This document shows positions 55,072-64,000 of a stretch of DNA of 64,000 nt, piece after piece. The notes beneath the pieces are model-generated. The model made no database searches. It had not been told where the DNA came from and saw only the letters and a list, made by a program, of their open reading frames with translations. The stretch is from Candidatus Altiarchaeota archaeon (GTDB lineage: Archaea; Altiarchaeota; Altiarchaeia; IMC4; SCGC-AAA252-I15), in NCBI GenBank assembly GCA_043800255.1, contig JAZDNF010000009.1, positions 256,001-320,000 of the forward strand. The letters are read 5' to 3'. Within the stretch, counting starts at the first letter, position 1. Each line of letters opens with the position of its first letter. The position numbers and the translations under genes are program-made.

Positions 55072-57945
55072 ATGAACACGACAAGACACCTCATTGTTAC
55101 CCTAATCCTGCTGACTGCGCTCACAGGAGGCTGCCTAGATCAGAAGGCATCCTGCGATGACGGGAAATGCGGACTTGGAGATTGCCAAAATTGCAATGAG
55201 ACAATAGACTTCGGAGTCGATATCGGAACCGCTACTGTGTACGAGTATTATGCGAAAACTGCAGGCAAACAGTTCATGCCGCGCATAAGGGACTTAGGCA
55301 TTAACGTTTCGAGGGTAGAAATCCTGTGGGGGAAAATCGAAAGGCTCCCACCCAAGAATGGCAGACACGACTATGATTGGACAATGATAGACGGATTGTT
55401 GGGCCAGATGCAAGAAGGCGACACGATGCTGCTGACAGTGGCAACCTCTTCTCCGTGGGCCACAGAGGAGTATGTTCAGGGTATAGGAGTGGGGAGTCCG
55501 ATAAAGGAGGACTCACGATGCGCGCAAGACATACGAGAAAAAGGTCTGCCGCCGATGGGAATGACATGCTACCAAGCGTACGAAGAGTTCATGAAAGAGC
55601 TTGTAACACACACAAATGGAAGGATAGAGCACTGGAATCGTGATACCGAACCAGGAACTGCAAGGCACTGGCCGGCTGACAAATTTGTCGAATATGTTGA
55701 AACTCAAAAGATATTCTACAGGTCGATTAAATCAATACAGCCGGATGCTGTTGTTATTGGCGGGGGTCACACCGGCGTTTTTAACGATGGCCAGCCGGCC
55801 CAGAAGGCTTTTTTCGATTATTTTTTGAAAAATGCAGAGGATTATTTTGACATGTTTGACGTGAGGCTTTACTGGGACAAGTATGCCCAAGACGCGTCCA
55901 TCAGCTATAGGATCAATTGGTTCAGAGACCGGATGCGAGATTTCGGTTATACAAAGCCGATTGCAAGCACGGAATACGGGGGGCCCACGCCCCAGGAATT
56001 CCCTCAAGAAGCCGATTTCGTGGAAAAATGGTGCGTCTCAAACAGGTATGTGACTGCAAGGGAAAGCTGGGATGAGCTGTACGAATGCACAGAAGCGATG
56101 AAATCGCTTGGAATCCTGCCGCCACAAATCGAAATGTTCCTTGACGATGCTCCAGCAGAGCTTGACGCAAAAAGGGACAGGATACAATGCAGGGACAACG
56201 TGCAGAGGACGGTTTTAATTGCCGCTGAAGGCGTCAGATACATGGGGCTTTGGAACCTCTTCGAACCCAACACAGTCCAAGGTGGACCAGTGAACCCGAT
56301 TTTCGGCAAAATGCGTTTAATGGACATGAGGAATGACTCTAAAAGGCAAGCGTACTATTGCTACCAGCGGATGGCAGAAAAGCTTGAGAGTATGACATCA
56401 GCTTATAGGCTGGATGCTGGAGACGAGAACATCCACTTCTACAGGATAGCCAAACAAGACGGTACAATTCTTTACGTAGTCTGGCATAGGAGGGATATGT
56501 TCAGGGGCGAGGACGAGCCAGCGGTCGCATTCAGGTATGACATCGGCTTTAACGGCGCAAAAATAACAGACGTTTTCGGAAATGAGAGGGAAAAATCAAA
56601 CGCAGACGGCATCATCAACTTGGACATAACGGATACGCCGATGTTCATCGAAGACCTTGGATTAGGCCAGGGGCAGCCTGCTGATTCGGGAATAATAAAC
56701 AGAACACAGATAATTGTTGAAGAGATGATTCCAAAGGACAGCAGGTTTGGGACTATCAATTTTGCCAGTAATTTCCCGCAGTTCAGCGGCAAAGTTGTTG
56801 AGTCATTCGACGAAATCGGAGTCAGCTTAATAAGGTGGAACGTCAGGTGGGAGGACCTGGAACCGGAGAGAGGAGTCTACGACTTCGACTCGTTTGATGA
56901 GGCGATAAAACCTTACCTTGACAGCGGGATTGAGATTCTGGTGATGATCACCACGAGGAATCCGGACAACTGCAATCCAATGTATTGTAAGGGAAAAATC
57001 AGCGACCAGAGTCTGCAGCATGCTGGATTCCCGCCAGCAGATTATGACGACTACTACGACTTCATATACAATTTCACAAGACATTTCTCAGGCAAAATCA
57101 GCATGATACAGGTTGACAACGAGGTGAACGACTATGGCGTGTACTGGCAGGCCCCATACTATGAGTACAAGAACGTCGTCAACACTGCCTACAGGGCTGT
57201 GAAAGACGCAGACCCTGACATGCCAGTCGTCCTCGCAGGATTCGCCTCCCCTGAGTGGATTATGCAAAAGAACGAAACAATTTTCAGGATGGCTGAGGAC
57301 GTGCTTGCCAATACATCATATGACGTGGTAGACATCCACTTCTATCACGACTACAGAACCATGCCTGAAAAGATTAAGTGGTTCAGAGACAGAGGCGTGA
57401 AAAATCTCATCTCGACGGAATGCAGCGGCCCAGACCCGAGCAGCAACACGCCCGAAGGCCGGGCTGAGCAGCCGAGTGAGATGGTCAAGAGATTCACCCT
57501 CGGCTTCAGCGAGGGCCTGCAGAGGATAAACTGGTTCAGCTTCGTTGACCTGTTAGGCGAGGCCCCGAAGTTCAAGTACATGGGATTGGTTCATGTGCCC
57601 TACGATGAACTGAAGAGGGGGAACCTGAGAATCGTGAAGAAACCCGCTTACTACACGTATAAGATGATGACCGAGAAACTGGCTGGCTTCGAATCCGTTG
57701 ATAGGCTGTATTTGGGCGAGGGAGTGTTCGGTTTCAGGTTCATAGTAGGAGATAAAACTGTGATGGTTGCATGGACTGACAGAGGGGAGAAAAATGTTGA
57801 CATTTCGTCGCATATGCCGACTTCGGAGATTAAAATTACTAGGATAATAACTGCAGAGGGGCAGACCGAGCCTGAGATCCATATCGCTCCTGCCGGCAAT
57901 GTAACTGTGAGCGAATCTCCCGTATTTCTGGAACAGTTAGGCTAG
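55072..57945 (+). CDS. Lipoprotein with two tandem clan GH-A (GH5/GH39-like) glycoside hydrolase domains
   Basis: TGGC lipobox; each half has W..IE/LE..Y.W/F..D, an acid/base (DTEP, DNEV), a nucleophile (STEY, STEC), K.AYY and a beta-sandwich. Confidence 0.75.
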   Translation: MNTTRHLIVTLILLTALTGGCLDQKASCDDGKCGLGDCQNCNETIDFGVDIGTATVYEYYAKTAGKQFMPRIRDLGINVSRVEILWGKIERLPPKNGRHDYDWTMIDGLLGQMQEGDTMLLTVATSSPWATEEYVQGIGVGSPIKEDSRCAQDIREKGLPPMGMTCYQAYEEFMKELVTHTNGRIEHWNRDTEPGTARHWPADKFVEYVETQKIFYRSIKSIQPDAVVIGGGHTGVFNDGQPAQKAFFDYFLKNAEDYFDMFDVRLYWDKYAQDASISYRINWFRDRMRDFGYTKPIASTEYGGPTPQEFPQEADFVEKWCVSNRYVTARESWDELYECTEAMKSLGILPPQIEMFLDDAPAELDAKRDRIQCRDNVQRTVLIAAEGVRYMGLWNLFEPNTVQGGPVNPIFGKMRLMDMRNDSKRQAYYCYQRMAEKLESMTSAYRLDAGDENIHFYRIAKQDGTILYVVWHRRDMFRGEDEPAVAFRYDIGFNGAKITDVFGNEREKSNADGIINLDITDTPMFIEDLGLGQGQPADSGIINRTQIIVEEMIPKDSRFGTINFASNFPQFSGKVVESFDEIGVSLIRWNVRWEDLEPERGVYDFDSFDEAIKPYLDSGIEILVMITTRNPDNCNPMYCKGKISDQSLQHAGFPPADYDDYYDFIYNFTRHFSGKISMIQVDNEVNDYGVYWQAPYYEYKNVVNTAYRAVKDADPDMPVVLAGFASPEWIMQKNETIFRMAEDVLANTSYDVVDIHFYHDYRTMPEKIKWFRDRGVKNLISTECSGPDPSSNTPEGRAEQPSEMVKRFTLGFSEGLQRINWFSFVDLLGEAPKFKYMGLVHVPYDELKRGNLRIVKKPAYYTYKMMTEKLAGFESVDRLYLGEGVFGFRFIVGDKTVMVAWTDRGEKNVDISSHMPTSEIKITRIITAEGQTEPEIHIAPAGNVTVSESPVFLEQLG

Positions 57946-57989
57946 GTTCTGGCGTTCTTTATTCCGGGATGCCATAATATTATTGTACA

Positions 57990-59411
57990 ATGTCTGAGAG
58001 GATTAAGCACTGGGTAGAGAAGGTAAGAAAGGGCGAAACAGAGAATCCCTTGCTGGATATCCTGCCGAAGACAATCCAAAAGATCAGAGAAAGAGCCAGA
58101 GAGATGGTCCCAGAAGTGCCGCCTGAAGTCAGGGAGATGCAGGCCAGGATAGCGCAAAAGTTCGACTATACCGCGGAGATGCCGCTGAACCTGGACGTGA
58201 AAAGCTTTGAAAAATTCGACCCAGAGCACAGGTTCCCGGCATATTATCAGAATAACAGGGTCGGAAGATTCTATCACATGACCTTCGACTCGCACGACGC
58301 TGAGGGGAATACATTAAAAGTCCCTGCGCTTCTCGTGATTCCGAAGAATATTCCAGAAGGCGTGAAAAACGAGAGAGGAGAAATTCCCGCTATCATCTAC
58401 TCCCACGGAATGAGAGACGACAAGGACGGCACCTACCAGCGCGAGATAGACAAGATGACAGCTGCGAAGACAGGAACGCCGGTGGAAGAGGGAATACACC
58501 AGAGGATCATCGAGGGAATAGTCGGCAGCGGATATGCTTTCATAGCCTGCGACCACCCCTACCACGGCGAACTCTCCAACAGGTGGAAACAGAGTTCCTT
58601 GGGGAACAGCATCGGCTCCATGAAAGCGTACATGGGGGCGCTGGGATATTATGAAGCCTGGAAGGCCAAGAAAGACGGTAGAGAATACCAGTACGAGAAC
58701 CTCTTCATAGGCAGACCCGAACTGGCTAACAACAAAAAAGAGGGGCTCATTGTAGGCATGGTCGACACAATCGTTGGGGTTACAAGGAAGATAAAGTCAC
58801 TTGGGGATAGGACCGTGTTAGCCAAGGATGGCATATACCGTGCAGTCACGAGCATAAGACGCGAGTTAGATCTCATAGATGTTGGCCTGGATAAGGCAAG
58901 CCGCGGCGGGCCTGACGTCAGGATAGACCTTAACAGGGTGGGACTGCTCGGCATCAGCTTCGGCGGCATTGTGGGAGCCATAGCCTCGGGAATCGATGAC
59001 AGGATAAAAGCAAGAGTCCTCATCAATACCGGAGGCGTACCAGATGACAGGTGCGACGAAATCGTTGAAGACATAGAAAAGGGAGTCAGAGAGGGAAAAC
59101 TCTCAAGAAATGACGCCAACAGGAGGATAGAGGTTCTGGAGATGATAAACCCGGCGAACCTCATCGGGCCGGTGGCGGAACACAACCCAATACCCACTCT
59201 CCTTCTGATATCAGGCAGGGACGAAGTATTCTCAAGGAGGAGGTCAATGCTACTTGCTGACTCAGCAAGAGGTGACGTCAGGACTAAAACGTATGGAAAC
59301 GCGGACCACAGGATCATGCCCATGGACGACGTCGTCAGAGACGTCAGAGGATTCTTCGAGGAGAAATTCAGGATCGAGAAGCCAAAACGGTGGAAAAGGT
59401 ATTTCAGGTGA
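57990..59411 (+). CDS. Alpha/beta hydrolase
   Basis: SHG, DHPYHG, nucleophile elbow GISFGG, GRDE, ADH. Confidence 0.82.
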   Translation: MSERIKHWVEKVRKGETENPLLDILPKTIQKIRERAREMVPEVPPEVREMQARIAQKFDYTAEMPLNLDVKSFEKFDPEHRFPAYYQNNRVGRFYHMTFDSHDAEGNTLKVPALLVIPKNIPEGVKNERGEIPAIIYSHGMRDDKDGTYQREIDKMTAAKTGTPVEEGIHQRIIEGIVGSGYAFIACDHPYHGELSNRWKQSSLGNSIGSMKAYMGALGYYEAWKAKKDGREYQYENLFIGRPELANNKKEGLIVGMVDTIVGVTRKIKSLGDRTVLAKDGIYRAVTSIRRELDLIDVGLDKASRGGPDVRIDLNRVGLLGISFGGIVGAIASGIDDRIKARVLINTGGVPDDRCDEIVEDIEKGVREGKLSRNDANRRIEVLEMINPANLIGPVAEHNPIPTLLLISGRDEVFSRRRSMLLADSARGDVRTKTYGNADHRIMPMDDVVRDVRGFFEEKFRIEKPKRWKRYFR

Positions 59412-59453
59412 ATGCGCTTTTTAAAGTTAATTCACATAATACTTGTCGTTAAG

Positions 59454-60098
59454 ATGTCACTGATGGGGATGGGCGGTGATAAGCCCTCAGAAAGCCACAA
59501 GATGTGGTTGATTCCGGCTGCGATAGCGGTTGTTATGCTCTTTGTTATCGGGACAATAGGCATCTTAGGAGTTTATTACATACTCTCCCGCGGATCAGAA
59601 CCTGATGCAGAGCTTACGACAAGCACGACAACAACAAGCACGACGTCAACATCCAGCATCCTGACAACCTCAAGCGCGCCGTCCACGACTTCGCTGGCAA
59701 GCACGAGCAGCGTCCCCACGACGACTGCCCCCACATGCGATGACGGGGTGATAAACCAGGATGAGGAGGACGTTGACTGCGGGGGACCGTGCGACCCGTG
59801 CATGAAGTCAGCCGAGAAGGTAGCCCTCTGCCTGTCCATGAAGGGCGTCACATTATACATGAGGAATGACGACGTCTGCCTCCAGTGCAAATCCATAAGA
59901 GAATACTTCGGCAACTCATTAAGCTTGATAAATGTGATAGACTGCGACGAAAGCGACAACGAGGACAGCTGCGACGACATGCTGGACACTGCAAAAGAGC
60001 AGGAAAAACGGCAGGGTTATCCCACATGGAACATCCTGGGCGAACTGTACCCAGGCGCTGGAGTGGAAAGGATTAAAGCTGTTACGAACTGCAAGTGA
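59454..60098 (+). CDS. Membrane-anchored Thr-linker protein with Cys-rich module and glutaredoxin-like domain
   Basis: TM, TTTTST, CDDG..NQDEEDVDCGGPC, CLQC, GYPTW. Confidence 0.7.
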   Translation: MSLMGMGGDKPSESHKMWLIPAAIAVVMLFVIGTIGILGVYYILSRGSEPDAELTTSTTTTSTTSTSSILTTSSAPSTTSLASTSSVPTTTAPTCDDGVINQDEEDVDCGGPCDPCMKSAEKVALCLSMKGVTLYMRNDDVCLQCKSIREYFGNSLSLINVIDCDESDNEDSCDDMLDTAKEQEKRQGYPTWNILGELYPGAGVERIKAVTNCK

Positions 60099-60115
60099 CT
60101 TCAGAAGCTATAACC

Positions 60116-60520
60116 TTATTCGACCTCGTATCCTGCAGATTTCCAGGCTCTCACACCGCCCTTCAGGTTGTAGACGTTAGTGTAGCCCAGTTCCACTAGA
60201 TCCTCCGAGGCCTTCGTGCTCATACTCCCGCTCCTGCAGTAGACTGCAATAGGTGTGCTCCTGTTCTTAGGGAGTAGATCAGCGTTTTCCTTGATGTCGG
60301 TGTAGGGTATGAACGCATCGGTCCCATTGATGTGACTCTGCTCTGGAATGTGAACGTCCAACACGAAGGTGTTCGAGTCGTCCACCAGAACCTTGAACTC
60401 CTGAGCAGATAGGTCAGAGTAGCCCTTAGTCCCTGAGGAGCCTCCCAGGCAACCGCTCAATGAGACAAAAACGCCCAGCAACATCAGAGAACACACCCTG
60501 TTGGGGATATTAGACCTCAT
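60116..60520 (-). CDS. Rhodanese-domain lipoprotein
   Basis: LSGC lipobox; LDV, HI.G, YCRSG, LKGG..AW. Confidence 0.85.
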   Translation of the reverse strand: MRSNIPNRVCSLMLLGVFVSLSGCLGGSSGTKGYSDLSAQEFKVLVDDSNTFVLDVHIPEQSHINGTDAFIPYTDIKENADLLPKNRSTPIAVYCRSGSMSTKASEDLVELGYTNVYNLKGGVRAWKSAGYEVE

Positions 60521-60569
60521 TTCTTGTGTTATTGGGAAGCAGACCATAATAAATTCAATCCTAGCGGGA

Positions 60570-61001
60570 CTATAGGCACGAGCCGCGGCTGCACGTGCCG
60601 ACCCTGTAGACATAATGCAGGGTCACGTTCTCCCTGCCAACGGCGTCCTCGCCGAAGCAGCAGCAGGTGTCATATTTCATGTCCGCACAGTAACGGCTGC
60701 CTGCCCTGCTCTTGACCTCACTGTTCAATCGGCACTCCATCAGGTTGCGCCTGCAGTAGCCTCCAACGAAGCCGTCAGACTGGCACACGCCCCCGCAGCT
60801 CTCCAAGTTTATCGTTGAAGTCGAAGTGGAAGACGATGTCGAAGTTGAAGACGTCGTCGAAGTTGAGGTGGTAGTAGTTAGCACGACAGTGGACGTGACA
60901 GTAGTCCCAGACAGGGTACTTGTGACCGGCGCCTGCCTCTCGCTGCCAATGCAGCCTGACAATAAGACGACAGCCATCACGACAACAGTGCATAGTCTCA
61001 T
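60570..61001 (-). CDS. Cys-rich lipoprotein with Thr/Ser linker
   Basis: LSGC lipobox; C...C..GYC..C..C..TCCC. Confidence 0.6.
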   Translation of the reverse strand: MRLCTVVVMAVVLLSGCIGSERQAPVTSTLSGTTVTSTVVLTTTTSTSTTSSTSTSSSTSTSTINLESCGGVCQSDGFVGGYCRRNLMECRLNSEVKSRAGSRYCADMKYDTCCCFGEDAVGRENVTLHYVYRVGTCSRGSCL

Positions 61002-61061
61002 AGGCTATACCCCTTTGGTAGGTAGCATAGAAAAAGCATGCAGTAACCAGAAGGAAAGCAG

Positions 61062-62000
61062 CTATACTGAAAGTTGGGAGTCTATCACCTGCTCGAACAC
61101 CTCATAAGGCTGCGCCCCTATTATCGCGATGCCGTTCACGAAGAATGTCGGGGTTGCGGAAACCATCCCAAGCTCATTGCCGTCGTTCACGTCCGCCATG
61201 ACCTCCTCGGCGTACTTGCCTGAGTCCAGGCACTCGTCAAATTTTTTGGAATCGAACCCGAGTTCGACTGCATGCCGCTTAAGGTCTGATATGTTCAGTT
61301 CGCTGGGACTGTCATAGAGCCTGTCATGGTACGCCCAGAACCTACCCTGCTCGTTCGCGCATTGTGCTGCCTCGGCAGCCTTTGGAGCGTAGTCGTGGAT
61401 CGTCAGAGGAAAGTCCCTGTAAACCAGTTTCACTTTGCCGGTGTGTATGTAATCCTTTTCCAGGAGAGGGAGCGTCTCCCTGTAGAATTTCGCGCAGAAC
61501 GGGCACTCGAAGTCAGAAAACTCGACTATCGTGACGGTTGCGTTCTCGCTGCCCTTCACAGGGTCGTCATCAGCGCCGGGCGGGTTCAGGAACTTTCCGC
61601 CTCCGAGGGACGCAGGATTTATTACGTAAGAGCCCCCCTTCTCCACGAGGGATTCATTCACTGCCTTGAAGTTCTCCTGCCGTTCCACGCTCTTGTCGAA
61701 GATGTAAGCCGGCAGGACTGTTATGCCAAGCTCGCCTATAAGTTCTCCCGCCTCCTTTGAGGAGCCGTCAATCTCCCTGACCTGAACGTTCGGGAAAACC
61801 TTGTTCCGCGTGTAGGCTATAATCTGGGAAGTATCGCATATTCCGCAGCCAGGAGCGGATATCACCGTCAGCTCCACAGCAGGCCCTGAGATTGATGTCG
61901 TAGGAGCAAATGGGGCGCTTATGGTCGATGTCTCATTCGATTGTCCGATGCAGCCGCTCACCAGAACAATCCCAACCATCAAAAGATAAGCAAACCTCAT
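61062..62000 (-). CDS. DsbA-family lipoprotein with extra N-terminal CxxC domain
   Basis: VSGC lipobox; CGIC; EFSDFECPFC, RDFPL, ATPTFF, GAQP. Confidence 0.88.
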   Translation of the reverse strand: MRFAYLLMVGIVLVSGCIGQSNETSTISAPFAPTTSISGPAVELTVISAPGCGICDTSQIIAYTRNKVFPNVQVREIDGSSKEAGELIGELGITVLPAYIFDKSVERQENFKAVNESLVEKGGSYVINPASLGGGKFLNPPGADDDPVKGSENATVTIVEFSDFECPFCAKFYRETLPLLEKDYIHTGKVKLVYRDFPLTIHDYAPKAAEAAQCANEQGRFWAYHDRLYDSPSELNISDLKRHAVELGFDSKKFDECLDSGKYAEEVMADVNDGNELGMVSATPTFFVNGIAIIGAQPYEVFEQVIDSQLSV

Positions 62001-62063
62001 AATCGTACCTTCAGCTATAGTATTCTGGCATATAAATAGGTGGACGAACAAACCGTGAAACTC

Positions 62064-63437
62064 TCAGAAGTACAGGTCCCGCTCACCCGCTTCTATCCGC
62101 TTAAGGCGTGCAAGAGTCTCTCCTCTTACGTTCTGGTCGGATATCTGCCCAATACACTTATTCAAGGCTGCTGCACCCAGCTCCCTAACGTCCTCTGAAG
62201 CGTAGTCCTCCAAGTACTCCTTGAACGTGAGGATGGCATTCGGCCTGCATAGCAGGTTTATGTTGCCTGGCTTCGCCAAGTCCATGAACGTCCTGCCGGT
62301 CCTAGCCTTCCTGTAGCAGGCGGTGCAGAAGCTCGGCAGCAGGTTCTGTCCTAGGACGCCCTTCAGGACCTCGTCAAGGGTGCGAGAATCTGAAAGAGAA
62401 AACTGAGTCAGCTCTCCATCGCCTCCATAGCCTCCAGGTGAGGTCCTAGACGCTGCCGAAGTCTGGGATATGCCTATCTCAAAAGCCTTCGCCCTCACCT
62501 CAGGCCGCTCCCTTGTGGAGATTATCATCCCAGTATAGGGCACGGCCAGCCTCAGTATGGCGATAACTTTGAGGAGTTCATCCTCTGACACTGGATAGGG
62601 GGGTTGCTCCCATCCCGTGGAGTCCGCAGGCTGCCATCTGGGAACAGAGAATGTGTGAGGACCCACCCCGAACACGTTATCCAGATACTGCGCATGCGAG
62701 ATTAATCCCATAACCTCAGACTTATAATCGTACAGTCCGAATAAAACGCCAAGCCCGACATCGTCGATTCCTGCCTTGAATGCCCTGTCGTGGGCGAAAA
62801 GCTGCCTCTCGTAGTCTGCCTTAGGACCATCGTGCAACTTCTCATAGGTTTTCTGGTGGTAGGTCTCCTGGAACAGCTGGTAGGTGCCGATGCCAGCCTC
62901 CTTCAACCGCTTGTAGTCTTCGACCGTTGAGGCTGCCACGTTAACGTTCACCCTCCTGATTTCGCCTCTCCCATGTTTTGTGCTGTAGATCGTGTTGATT
63001 ACGTCAACTGCGTAGTCTATTGTGTTAAGAGGGTGTTCGCCGAACTCCAGCAGGAGCCTCTTGTGGCCCATGCCCTCCAGGATTCTGACCTGTTCTTCGA
63101 CCTCTTTCAATGTGAGCCTTTTCCTGGGCGCGGGGTTGCTGCGGTGGAAGCCGCAGTATTCGCAGTCGTTAACGCAGTAGCTCGATACGTACAGTGGCGC
63201 GAAGAAGACCAGGCGTTCGCCATAGATTTCTCTCTTGATTCTTCCAGCAGCTTCGAATACTTCTGACAGCAGCTGGGGATCTTCCACGTTCAACAGACAG
63301 GCCACGTCCTTCAGAGATAATCCCTTCTTCTTGAGAGCCCTCTCCAGGATGAACCTGACGTCATCAGGGGAAGGTTTCGCTCCCTCTGAGAGCAGGCTGC
63401 TGATTTCTCCCCAGTCCACGATCTTTCCCACGTCCAT
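62064..63437 (-). CDS. hydG: [FeFe]-hydrogenase H-cluster radical SAM maturase HydG
   Basis: FAPLY.S.YCVNDCEYC, FQETY, GPHT.SVPR, STRE, C-terminal CX2CX22C (CTAC...CRPN). Confidence 0.88.
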   Translation of the reverse strand: MDVGKIVDWGEISSLLSEGAKPSPDDVRFILERALKKKGLSLKDVACLLNVEDPQLLSEVFEAAGRIKREIYGERLVFFAPLYVSSYCVNDCEYCGFHRSNPAPRKRLTLKEVEEQVRILEGMGHKRLLLEFGEHPLNTIDYAVDVINTIYSTKHGRGEIRRVNVNVAASTVEDYKRLKEAGIGTYQLFQETYHQKTYEKLHDGPKADYERQLFAHDRAFKAGIDDVGLGVLFGLYDYKSEVMGLISHAQYLDNVFGVGPHTFSVPRWQPADSTGWEQPPYPVSEDELLKVIAILRLAVPYTGMIISTRERPEVRAKAFEIGISQTSAASRTSPGGYGGDGELTQFSLSDSRTLDEVLKGVLGQNLLPSFCTACYRKARTGRTFMDLAKPGNINLLCRPNAILTFKEYLEDYASEDVRELGAAALNKCIGQISDQNVRGETLARLKRIEAGERDLYF

Positions 63438-63438
63438 C

Positions 63439-64000
63439 CTATATTCCCAAGTCTGTCGGAGCCCTTCCTAGAGAATAAAGAAGCTCCAGAGTCTCCGTTA
63501 TTCTGTCCTCGGTCGTCTTATTACTCTGGATTCCAGGATAAAGAGCATAATTCTTTCCGTATTCTCCCGGAGTCAACTTTATCATCAGGGAGTTCGCGCC
63601 GGCCAGCAATCCCATCCGGGCAGCATCAGGGTCGAGGGTCTCCAGAGCTGTGGTCACGAGTATTTTGGCATCTGGGCTCAGCAGCCTGCTGACTGCCAGG
63701 ACCTTGAGGACGGAGTCAACCTCACTAGGAACTGCTCCAGCCAGCGGAGTATCAGGGTTCGGGATGAACGGCCCGAAAGAGTGCATCTCAGCGCCCAACT
63801 CTTTTGTTAGGAGGATGTCGTTCATAAGGTCCTCCGTTGTCTGGCCTGGCAGACCTATCAATGAGCCGGTAGCTACCAGATACCCTAAATCTGCAGCGTG
63901 TCTTATCAGTTTCAGCCTGTCAGAGAGCTTCCCGCCAGGATGGAATCTCCCATAGAGCTCCCTGTTCGAAGTCTCAAACCTGAGGAGGACTCCCCTGGCA
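63439..64000 (-). CDS. hydE: HydE-like radical SAM protein (partial, 5' end outside window)
   Basis: Frame open to window edge: LLRFETSN..G.LIGLPGQT..GPFIP.PDTPL..TTAL..GAN..YALYPG; directly upstream of hydG. Confidence 0.72.
   Translation of the reverse strand, partial: ARGVLLRFETSNRELYGRFHPGGKLSDRLKLIRHAADLGYLVATGSLIGLPGQTTEDLMNDILLTKELGAEMHSFGPFIPNPDTPLAGAVPSEVDSVLKVLAVSRLLSPDAKILVTTALETLDPDAARMGLLAGANSLMIKLTPGEYGKNYALYPGIQSNKTTEDRITETLELLYSLGRAPTDLGI

Noticed and set aside
62064-63437. ThiH call, given thiamine genes in the window
   Set aside because: The C-terminal CX2CX22C motif and adjacent HydE-like gene favour HydG; no thiG nearby
1-64000. CRISPR arrays, tRNA/rRNA genes and IS elements
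   Set aside because: No regularly spaced repeats, tRNA-like motifs or transposase ORFs recognised by eye; tRNAscan-SE and Infernal are needed to exclude small RNAs

Overview
Gene-dense archaeal chromosomal window of roughly 50% GC (estimated by eye). Archaeal TATA and GGTG ribosome-binding signals, NucS, Ftr, a SAMP/ThiS protein and many Ser/Thr-linker, Cys-rich lipoproteins suggest an anaerobic uncultured archaeon; Altiarchaeota/DPANN-like is an inference. Contents in order: MacB-type ABC exporter; a RelE-type toxin-antitoxin module (second copy at about 38 kb); thiE-thiM-thiS-ftr; an orphan membrane MoxR/CbbQ-type AAA+ protein; Moco biosynthesis genes with tandem ModE boxes; a copper/iron island; CcdA/DsbA redox proteins; a GlcD plus split-GlcF oxidoreductase; a GAF-GGDEF protein; glutamate synthase FMN subunit; a NitT/TauT ABC importer; NfnAB; a polyamine cluster (pdaD, DHS-like, speB, GNAT, ATP-grasp); a fibre-like adhesin; DNA repair genes; two sulfite-oxidase-like proteins; a double glycoside hydrolase; and hydG plus a partial hydE. 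No tRNA, rRNA, CRISPR array or transposase was recognised. The most unusual signals are (i) tiny Y-shaped palindromic elements, one inserted in-frame in a toxin gene, (ii) sharply bounded tracts where nearly all codons end in G/T, (iii) [FeFe]-hydrogenase maturases and a GGDEF protein in an archaeon, and (iv) small genes missed by the ORF track. All family calls are from motif recognition, not database searches.
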